A stretch of DNA of 50,389 bases from a virus (lineage: Duplodnaviria > Caudoviricetes), in the IMG/VR virus record IMGVR_UViG_3300023099_000003, positions 1 to 50,389 of that record, one strand, 5' to 3'. Below, piece after piece: positions 1 through 7,038 of this stretch. The notes under the pieces were generated by a model. That model saw only the letters and a list, made by a program, of their open reading frames with translations. It did not search any database and was not told where the DNA came from. The position numbers and the translations under genes are program-made. The number at the start of each line of letters is the position of its first letter. Within the stretch, counting starts at the first letter, position 1.

Positions 1-87
1 CTTGCTCGAAGAAACTGCTGCCCTTGTACACCGTTACTTCTTCGGTCCACTCGCGATGCTCGCCGCTGTAGTCTTCCGACCTTTTCA
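1..87. repeat. Terminal direct repeat, left copy (identical to 50303-50389)
   Basis: cttgctcgaagaaac...ccgaccttttca is present at both ends; probably an assembly overlap of a circular or permuted genome. Confidence 0.95.
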
Positions 88-874
88 GCCTGAGAGGGTA
101 TGGCCCTAGTTGCTCTACTATCCGCTCAACCTCCCCAGCCTCAACCGGGCGCGGTTCGGGTTGGGTGCGAGGGCATGGTGTGCAGCGCGTCTTGTCGGTA
201 GGGTATCCTACGTGCGGGCAGTCCTCGATCAGCTTCTCATCCCTAATTTCATGATTAAGAGCGGCGGCGATCTTCTTGATCGTGTCCCTTTCCCATTCCG
301 AGACAGGATGGTCTGTGCTGAGCAGTTGTTCACGTAACGCTTTGAGGGCGAAAGGCAGGCGATTTTCTTCCACCCCCGGCGCGCGCTCCATTGCGGCGAG
401 GGCTGCGCGGGCGTCAGGAACCCGTTTGCGCCATCCACGATGCATCAAGGAAACGCGCTTCTCGCCGCTGATTGCATCGACATAGTCGCGGCGCTCATCA
501 ACGGGCCAATCTTCCCATTCGTGATGCTCGTATAGGGTATCCGGTGACAGCCCCCGCGCTTCACAAAGCGCCCGCGCCACCCGCTCCACCTCGCCACCGC
601 TGTTGATTGCGGGTTGGGTGCTTTCGGGGCGTAGTGCCTGCTCGATGATAGACAGTCGCACGTAACGCGCAGGATTGCCCAAGAGCAACAGCGGTGGCGG
701 AATGTCGGAGTCTGCATCCAGTTCGGGCTGGCGGTCCAGCGAGTAAGGGTTGCGACAGTTGTAATGCCCGACTTCATCATCCCATACCGTTACAACTTGG
801 CCGGGCATGAGCCGCTCGCAGCAGCCGATGCAAATCCCGATTTCTTCCAGCGTCACTTGATTGTCAGCGGTCAT
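1..874 (-). CDS. 5' part of a ~383-aa mosaic hypothetical protein that continues across the junction to 50025
   Basis: Manual translation from ATG 874 (GGAGAA RBS): MTADNQVTLEEIGICIGCCER... is open to base 1 and joins VYKGSSFFEQVVKD of ORF 50025..50333. Confidence 0.8.
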   Translation of the reverse strand, partial: MTADNQVTLEEIGICIGCCERLMPGQVVTVWDDEVGHYNCRNPYSLDRQPELDADSDIPPPLLLLGNPARYVRLSIIEQALRPESTQPAINSGGEVERVARALCEARGLSPDTLYEHHEWEDWPVDERRDYVDAISGEKRVSLMHRGWRKRVPDARAALAAMERAPGVEENRLPFALKALREQLLSTDHPVSEWERDTIKKIAAALNHEIRDEKLIEDCPHVGYPTDKTRCTPCPRTQPEPRPVEAGEVERIVEQLGPYPLRLKRSEDYSGEHREWTEEVTVYKGSSFFEQ

Positions 875-1160
875 GGTAGTGTTCTCCGTTGCGGAGGGCG
901 GTGGCGATGGAAGCGATTTTCTCCGCACGGTCATTCCCAATCACAGGGCTGGGACAAACCGGCAGGTTCATAGCGGCGGCATCTCGCCAGAACTTCGCCC
1001 TCTGGTCAGCCAGCTTTGCAGCCAATTCGGTCGCAGTCCGGGAGCCGTCCTCTCTTGCCTCTGCCACTAGCAGCAGCAGATGATCGAACTCATTGCGCGG
1101 CAATTTACCCATCCACCGCCTCGCCACCGCCAGCATTTCAGGCGTTGTTTCACTCCCCAT
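864..1160 (-). CDS. Hypothetical protein
   Basis: 98-aa ORF overlapping its neighbours in a tightly packed leftward operon. Confidence 0.65.
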   Translation of the reverse strand: MGSETTPEMLAVARRWMGKLPRNEFDHLLLLVAEAREDGSRTATELAAKLADQRAKFWRDAAAMNLPVCPSPVIGNDRAEKIASIATALRNGEHYHDR

Positions 1161-1632
1161 GGCGTTGAGCCTCCTGTTGGGTGGATGGCGGGGGGTGAGG
1201 CATCCAGTGGATGGGGTTCAGAACGTGATCTGCGAAATCCCCATTAAACCAAGCTAACCAAACAGCAGGCATCCAGTAGCCACTGCCGTATTCATCTACT
1301 GTTTCATGCCAGCCATCAGACCAGTGCGCGATTGCGATGCCTGCCCCAGACAGGAAGTCACCGCCCTCAGCGTGACAAGCATATGCTGTCAGTTTGTCTG
1401 ATTCTTCCGGGTCGCTGTAAGGGTCTGCGTCATGGTCAAACCAAACGAGGATTGGCCGATCCTTCGGCGCAGTCTCAATCGACTGCCACTCCCCTACACG
1501 CGCTTGCATGGCGCGGAGGGCTTGGGCTGCTTCGTCAATGGTTTCGACCGCCCAGCTTGCAAGACCGGCACCTTTTACCACTTCCAACCGCTCTATCAGC
1601 GTGTTTACGTCTGTGGGGGTAGGGTTAGTCAT
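1150..1632 (-). CDS. DUF551-like phage protein
   Basis: WQSIETAPKD...PIHWMPHP motifs typical of this phage family. Confidence 0.75.
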   Translation of the reverse strand: MTNPTPTDVNTLIERLEVVKGAGLASWAVETIDEAAQALRAMQARVGEWQSIETAPKDRPILVWFDHDADPYSDPEESDKLTAYACHAEGGDFLSGAGIAIAHWSDGWHETVDEYGSGYWMPAVWLAWFNGDFADHVLNPIHWMPHPPPSTQQEAQRHGE

Positions 1633-1904
1633 TGGGGGTGTCCTGCCTGCTCAGCGCGGAGCCTGGCGCGGGCGCGTTGTGCGCGCTTCCCGGTGCCCTG
1701 AGCGGTTGTGACCATCTTGCGGTGCAAATAGGCTTGGCGCGCTTCGGTGGCGCCTTCCTTGCCAAGGTCGGTCCCGCGATGCTTGATCGCGCAGTCAGCG
1801 TGTTGGGTCCGCCATCCACCGGTGGGATTACGCTCAAAGTGGCCGTCGCCAGCTTCGACGCGATCGTTGCATCGGTAGCAAACGCCGGGGTATTTGTTAC
1901 GCAT
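1629..1904 (-). CDS. Small Cys/His hypothetical protein
   Basis: MRNKYPGVCYRC...QHADC; internal ATG preceded by a purine-rich RBS. Confidence 0.6.
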   Translation of the reverse strand: MRNKYPGVCYRCNDRVEAGDGHFERNPTGGWRTQHADCAIKHRGTDLGKEGATEARQAYLHRKMVTTAQGTGKRAQRARARLRAEQAGHPQ

Positions 1905-2100
1905 GACCTTTCCCCTCTCCCTTGCGTTCGTCTTTCCGTGGATCACACCAGCGGGAAACACGCCGGCGCAAACGCGCCCAAAGCCCATCGTCATATTCCA
2001 TCCCAAACACTACCCCATCGATCTGGTCACGGTTCAGGCCAGAGCGACCACGGGGCATAACCCATTGGCATGGCTGGCTGCTGTGATAACGGCGGCTCAT
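1897..2100 (-). CDS. Hypothetical protein
   Basis: MSRRYHSSQPCQW...; ATGA-coupled to the upstream ORF. Confidence 0.5.
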   Translation of the reverse strand: MSRRYHSSQPCQWVMPRGRSGLNRDQIDGVVFGMEYDDGLWARLRRRVSRWCDPRKDERKGEGKGHA

Positions 2101-2240
2101 TTGACCTCTCCCGTCTCGACAGCGGCAAATCCGGCAGTCACAGGGTCCATCATGGCGACAACTGTAATGAACGCCAGCACGATTGCGATAATCGTCCATA
2201 CATTGTCAGCGGCGTGATCGTTGCTGAACTTACTCACCAT
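2097..2240 (-). CDS. 47-aa single-TM protein (not in ORF track)
   Basis: Manual translation MVSKFSNDHAADNVWTIIAIVLAFITVVAMM...GEVK. Confidence 0.5.
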   Translation of the reverse strand: MVSKFSNDHAADNVWTIIAIVLAFITVVAMMDPVTAGFAAVETGEVK

Positions 2241-2418
2241 CCCACTCCTTCATCAATTTGTCCCACTTGGCCTCGCCCATTTCCTTGCGGGCACTGGCGA
2301 CCTTACGTTCCAGGCTGTTATCCGGTGCCCATTCAGGATTCCATTCCTGCGATGGCGCGGTGCCTTTTAGTTTCTGGGCGTAGAGGTTCATCAAACCAAC
2401 TCCCCAAGTGCGGACCAA
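2230..2418 (-). CDS. Hypothetical protein
   Basis: ORF in the leftward operon; true start probably at MNLYAQ. Confidence 0.55.
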   Translation of the reverse strand: MVRTWGVGLMNLYAQKLKGTAPSQEWNPEWAPDNSLERKVASARKEMGEAKWDKLMKEWDGE

Positions 2419-2663
2419 GCCGCTGCGATATATTCTTCGCGGTATTCCTCAAAATGCCGCACCAGCCAGCCATCTTCCCAAGCGGACAGCAAATAACCGC
2501 CAGCTACGGAAGGTGCTTTCGCCTGCTCCATGGCGCGGTAAAGATGTGTGTGGGCGGCGATTGAAAGGAAATAATCGCGCGCTTCAGGCTTCATGGCCTC
2601 AAACTCTACGCGCTCCCGATCTGAAAGCGTGAATGGCGAATTATAGAAACGTGGATCAATCAT
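2391..2663 (-). CDS. Hypothetical protein, first gene of the leftward early operon
   Basis: MIDPRFYN...; GATGGAGAAT RBS and an upstream promoter-like motif. Confidence 0.65.
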   Translation of the reverse strand: MIDPRFYNSPFTLSDRERVEFEAMKPEARDYFLSIAAHTHLYRAMEQAKAPSVAGGYLLSAWEDGWLVRHFEEYREEYIAAAWSALGELV

Positions 2664-2714
2664 GTCATTCTCCATCTGACCGCCCCATAATACCTAACCC
2701 CGATAGATGTGCAA
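2664..2714 (-). promoter_or_regulatory. Sigma70-like promoter with RBS (repeated cassette motif)
   Basis: Minus strand TTGCAC...GGGGTTAGGTATTAT...GATGGAGAAT. Confidence 0.5.
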
Positions 2715-2778
2715 TATCTTTTTTGCCTTGAATAGTAAAAAAGTTTGTGCCTATATGGTGGCGCATTAGAGGAGTGAA

Positions 2779-2986
2779 AATGCCGACACCTGAAGAAATC
2801 CGAAGCCGCGCGTTTGAAGCGCGCATTTCGATCAATCGCCTTCTGGCCGATGCCAATGTGGCCGCCCAAACTATCTGGCGATGGGAGAGGAAAGTCAAAA
2901 CCCCTCGTCAATCCACCATAGACAAGGTGATGGCCGCGCTGGTGGCCGCCGAAGCCAAGGAGTCAGAAAGATGCACTACGCGATAG
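2779..2986 (+). CDS. Cro-like HTH DNA-binding protein
   Basis: MPTPEEIR...ISINRLLADANVAAQTIWRWERKVKTPRQSTI; GAGGAG RBS; divergent from the leftward operon. Confidence 0.7.
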
Positions 2987-3090
2987 GAGTTATTGGCTTT
3001 TGTATCTTTTGCTGCCTGGTGCTGGGATGGATCGCCTATCTAGCGCCCGAAGGCTATGAGGATGACGATGGATGGCATCCTGACGAGTAA
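2971..3090 (+). CDS. Small membrane protein
   Basis: MHYAIGVIGFCIFCCLVLGWIAYLAPEGYEDDDGWH; one hydrophobic helix. Confidence 0.5.
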   Translation: MHYAIGVIGFCIFCCLVLGWIAYLAPEGYEDDDGWHPDE

Positions 3091-3113
3091 CCCCTAACTG
3101 ATGGAACTATAAC

Positions 3114-3761
3114 ATGGCTTCTCAGCCCTCATACTCTCGCCACCGTCGCATGGTGGCGGGCCAACAACCTGTCAGTAGTGACATATCCAATGATACCCCG
3201 CCAATCTATGCGCGCCGTCTAGCGGGGTATATTCGCGACCCAAGCACTATCCGTGTTCGGGTTCTGGAAAGATATGGGCATTGCCCGCCGCGTGAAGTGA
3301 TTGTGCGAATGCTGGACGATCAGGCGCGGGCCACTGGCAAGCCTTGGAATTTCCTGCAGAAGCGGGAACATGATCACTTGTTTTCCGGCGTCCATCGCAA
3401 GTTGCCGCCGACTGTGGTTGTGCCTGACCCAGACCCGGAACTAACTCCAATGGGGCGCGCCCATCGGACGGCCAAGGATATGATTGCCGAAGCTGCCGGC
3501 GCGTTTGGGTTGACCTATGCTGATATTGTCGCACCTGGCGGCAAGGCGCGGATCAAGCGCGTTCGGTTCATGCTGGCCCAGCTGATGGTGGATCGTGGCA
3601 ACAGTCGCTCGCAAGTGGCCCACTGGCTTGGCAGAACATGCCATTCGACTGTCTGCCATGCCATGAAGGTGTTCCCGCGCATGTTGCAGGATCACCCCGA
3701 CATAGCCCGCGCCTACGCGCACTTCCGTAAAGAATGGGGGATTGATGATGCTGCAGGATAA
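3114..3761 (+). CDS. Protein with a DnaA C-terminal-like HTH domain
   Basis: C-terminal ...SRSQVAHWLGRTCHSTVCHAMK resembles the DnaA domain IV S-x-x-x-I-G-x-x-F-x-R-D-H-T-T-V pattern. Confidence 0.7.
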   Translation: MASQPSYSRHRRMVAGQQPVSSDISNDTPPIYARRLAGYIRDPSTIRVRVLERYGHCPPREVIVRMLDDQARATGKPWNFLQKREHDHLFSGVHRKLPPTVVVPDPDPELTPMGRAHRTAKDMIAEAAGAFGLTYADIVAPGGKARIKRVRFMLAQLMVDRGNSRSQVAHWLGRTCHSTVCHAMKVFPRMLQDHPDIARAYAHFRKEWGIDDAAG

Positions 3762-3948
3762 CCCATTTGCCAAAGGCCTGACCAATAGGGAATTGAGAAT
3801 AGTTAAAGCCTATGGGAAGGGGCGCGCCGCTCAGGAAGTCCATGCCCTTCGCAGCGAAAATCCGCACCTGCCGTCAAACGAAGAATTTTATTGGGCATGG
3901 GACGCGGGCTGGTGCTGGGACGAGATTGCCTATACCGCCAGTGTCTAG
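3742..3948 (+). CDS. Hypothetical protein
   Basis: 68-aa ORF overlapping the end of the previous gene. Confidence 0.5.
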   Translation: MMMLQDNPFAKGLTNRELRIVKAYGKGRAAQEVHALRSENPHLPSNEEFYWAWDAGWCWDEIAYTASV

Positions 3949-4349
3949 AAGGGCGGCTGGGACTGCAGCCCCAGCCAATGCTCGAAGGCCAGTGCGAAAC
4001 CTGTAGCGCCATAAGCCACGCAGGCAAATCCGCCCACATCAGACACATTATTGAGATAAGAAATTTGCTCCGGCGATAGCCTGGCTGACCTTGATAGCGA
4101 TTTAAGTTCACAAGACATACTAGGGCAGCCGTCAATTTTTACATCGGCTGCCCCCTTCACGAATCCGCCTTGAACCTTGATTCGCCGCATAGCCTGAGCA
4201 GTTGCTGCTCGGTCCTCGTTGCGAATGTGCACGGCGACAGCCCAGTATTTAGGATATTCGCGGCGAAGCCAGTTAAAGGCGCTCGCCATTTCTACTTCTT
4301 CGCTTGCCTGCTTGCCTGGAAGCTGTTCGCCGAAAACGGAATAGGTCAT
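3945..4349 (-). CDS. VRR-NUC family nuclease
   Basis: GFVKGAADV...CELKS...LSPEQ PD-(D/E)xK pattern; coupled to the helicase. Confidence 0.8.
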   Translation of the reverse strand: MTYSVFGEQLPGKQASEEVEMASAFNWLRREYPKYWAVAVHIRNEDRAATAQAMRRIKVQGGFVKGAADVKIDGCPSMSCELKSLSRSARLSPEQISYLNNVSDVGGFACVAYGATGFALAFEHWLGLQSQPPF

Positions 4350-6190
4350 GCGTATTTCCTGAGTTTGGCGGTTTCAGCCATTACCTTGTCGGGCAAATCT
4401 TCATCATCGGCGGGCTTGCCAAATGCGATAATCCGATAGAATGAACTATCAGGATCGCGGGCGTAGCTCACAGTATCAGGCGTCCCGTGCCGTGTGGCCT
4501 CTGTGAATTTTGCCAACTCCGATGCCTGCCTTGTGTTTTTCGGGTCTTTCATGAACCAGCAGGAAAATTGCCGGTATGGAGTCACGAAATCAGCGCGGAT
4601 TGTTGCATTCCCTTTTTGAGAAACGCTCTCTCTCCAGTCGAGTGACAAAATACGGTCGGTCTGCGGAAATGTAGGATCTTTCTTTTGCGCGACGAACTGC
4701 GTTATTAGGGCGTCATTCGGATCTACCACCTGGCAACCACAGTGCGCGCACTCGCGGGCGGATATATCCAGTGCCTCGCCACACTGTGGGCAAGGCTTGG
4801 AGTTGTAGCGCATATTGCAGCGGACATACTCCCCGCGCGATCCAGAGCGTACCATTCCAAAGCATCGGCGGCCGTAGTGACTGGCAACAGGACCATGGTC
4901 TGACATTAGGACGTTTCCGAAAACGTCTAGGCAGTAACCCGCCTTGTCGCGCGGGTAGTCCGCATAATCTGGTTGCAATGTAAATTCGTTCACATAGCCG
5001 CAGTCGGGACATTCCGCCTCTATTGGCTCGCCTGGTCCCTTGTTGCTCTTGGCTCGCACAATAGGCTTGAACAAATCCCCATCGGGGCAATGCTTGTCCA
5101 GATTGCCAGCAAAGTCGAGAATGAGGCAATCAGTTTTCCCATCATCCAAGCGCAAGCCCCGCCCGATGCATTGCTGCAGCAACCCTGCAGACTCTGTCCT
5201 GCGCAACATCGCGATCACATCGACATGGGCGCAATCCCATCCGGTTGTGAGAACGGAGACGTTGACGATATATTTGATTTTGCGCTGCTCAAAACGCTTA
5301 AGGACTGATCCGCGATCCTCTGTGCCGCCATGCACCATGGCCGACAATTCAGGGGGCAGGCTTGCAAGAATTTCTTCGGCATGGCGGATAGTGGCGGCGA
5401 AAAAGACAACGCCCTTCCTGTCTTGCGCTTGGGCGACAACATCAGCGACGATCGCGCTGGTCTTTTTCCCGTGCCCGATGAAAGCCGCATCCACACTGGC
5501 GACATCGAATTGTCCGTTGGGGCGCATCACTAGCCCGCTGGTGTCATAGCCGCTGACATTGATTGCGCCAATTACTGGCGGCGTGAGATATCCTTGCTCG
5601 ATCAGATAGCGAGCGTCTATGCTGTAAACACATTTGGTAAAGAACGGATCGCGGCAAACGTCATCATCGTTTACGCGGTCATCGGGGCCGATACGGTATA
5701 TAAAGCCCCTGCCGAGTTTGAACGGCGTGGCCGAGAGGCCCACGACACGCAGGTTCGGATTGGCCTGCTTCATTTCCTCTAGGATCGCCAACACCGTTGG
5801 TGCGATCGTGTGAGCTTCGTCCAAAACCACGCCGCAATAATCACCGCGAGTGAAGCGGGAGATTGATCGGGATACGGTTCCAGGTGTGGCGAATACGATA
5901 TTATGCCGAGTGGATTTGACGCCCGCACTGGCTGAAAAGATTGAGCATGGATGACCGGTCGCGGTCATCTTGGAAGCGTTTTGCAGAGTCAATTCTTTTT
6001 GAGGGGCCAGGCACAGAACGCGTTTACCGCCTGATATATCATGTAGCCAATCGGCCAGCGCAGCCACCACATGACTTTTACCCGAGCCAGTGGGGGCTTC
6101 TATAAGGCAAGGCTCCACACTGGCTTTCAGCCAATCCTTTGCTGCATCAACCGCGTTTTGCTGGTAGTCACGAAGTTCAGACATGACCAT
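4346..6190 (-). CDS. Superfamily 2 DEAD/DEAH helicase with Zn ribbons (RadD/YejH-like)
   Basis: LRDYQ, APTGSGKS, DEAH, SAT, QCIGRGLR, C-terminal CxxC pairs. Confidence 0.93.
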   Translation of the reverse strand: MVMSELRDYQQNAVDAAKDWLKASVEPCLIEAPTGSGKSHVVAALADWLHDISGGKRVLCLAPQKELTLQNASKMTATGHPCSIFSASAGVKSTRHNIVFATPGTVSRSISRFTRGDYCGVVLDEAHTIAPTVLAILEEMKQANPNLRVVGLSATPFKLGRGFIYRIGPDDRVNDDDVCRDPFFTKCVYSIDARYLIEQGYLTPPVIGAINVSGYDTSGLVMRPNGQFDVASVDAAFIGHGKKTSAIVADVVAQAQDRKGVVFFAATIRHAEEILASLPPELSAMVHGGTEDRGSVLKRFEQRKIKYIVNVSVLTTGWDCAHVDVIAMLRRTESAGLLQQCIGRGLRLDDGKTDCLILDFAGNLDKHCPDGDLFKPIVRAKSNKGPGEPIEAECPDCGYVNEFTLQPDYADYPRDKAGYCLDVFGNVLMSDHGPVASHYGRRCFGMVRSGSRGEYVRCNMRYNSKPCPQCGEALDISARECAHCGCQVVDPNDALITQFVAQKKDPTFPQTDRILSLDWRESVSQKGNATIRADFVTPYRQFSCWFMKDPKNTRQASELAKFTEATRHGTPDTVSYARDPDSSFYRIIAFGKPADDEDLPDKVMAETAKLRKYA

Positions 6191-6197
6191 TCTCCCT

Positions 6198-6845
6198 TTA
6201 AATCAAGTAGATAATTTTATCGGATTTAGCCATGTTGTCCTCGGCCCAAAGAGGGCGAAGATTGGTAAAATGCAGAAGTGGGATTAATTCCTCTAATGAT
6301 TTTGCTGAGGCAAGTGGACGGATATGGTCAACATGCCATTCAGTTCTGTTGTCCCAGGCCATTCTCGGAAGGAATTGCCTTTCTATATGCTCATGAAGCT
6401 CCTTCCATGAGCAGCCAAGATACTCGGTTGACCTTTGAGATTTAAGAACCCCTGCGGACTTAAGGCCTTTGTTTATCCTAACCAAGATGTTGTGTCTGAG
6501 GCGGAACAGTGAATTTTCTGCCCTGCGCTTTTTATAATACGCGTTTTTTGCAGGCTTATTATCTTGGTAATGCTTATTGCTTCTTTTTATAATTCTCTGT
6601 CGGTTCGCTTTATAATACTTCTTTTGATTATATTTAATATTTTCTTTGTTTTGCTCTCGATATATCGCTGACCTAACAGAGCATGCCTCTTTATTTGCAG
6701 TATAATATAAGCTGCTATACTCCGCGCGGCATTTTTTGCAGGTATTCCTAAGTCCATCTTTGGATGATGATCGCTCGCCAAATTCAGAGCGCAACTTCGC
6801 AAGCCCGCATTTGTTGCAAGTTTTCGTATCAACGAAATCTGTCAC
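6198..6845 (-). CDS. Free-standing HNH (homing-type) endonuclease
   Basis: N-terminal CxxC...CxxC, WHVDHIRPLAS...NLRPLWAEDN; visibly AT-rich compared with the flanks. Confidence 0.88.
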   Translation of the reverse strand: MTDFVDTKTCNKCGLAKLRSEFGERSSSKDGLRNTCKKCRAEYSSLYYTANKEACSVRSAIYREQNKENIKYNQKKYYKANRQRIIKRSNKHYQDNKPAKNAYYKKRRAENSLFRLRHNILVRINKGLKSAGVLKSQRSTEYLGCSWKELHEHIERQFLPRMAWDNRTEWHVDHIRPLASAKSLEELIPLLHFTNLRPLWAEDNMAKSDKIIYLI

Positions 6846-6942
6846 AAAAACCTCCGCTAGAAGATCGCTAGAAAATACGTGCGGCAGGATCGCTAGCGGA
6901 CGATCGGTTCAGGAGCTACCCTAGCCGCACTTATGGACATTA

Positions 6943-7038
6943 CTAACTTAAGGCGGACCCCGCAAGCTCCGACTGGCGCAGGAATGACAGAGCCTTTTCG
7001 GTGGCGTGGGTCTGATATGGCCGGAGTTGGAACGTCAC
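6943..7038 (-). pseudogene. Vestigial 5' end of an SF2 helicase (31 aa)
   Basis: MTFQLRPYQTHATEKALSFLRQS aligns without gaps to ELRDYQQNAVDAAKDWLKAS of the helicase; GTGA-coupled to the MTase stop. Confidence 0.7.

Noticed and set aside
2747-2986. Lysogeny switch (cI/cro)
   Set aside because: No CI-like repressor with a peptidase domain, integrase or partition genes were recognised in the complete genome
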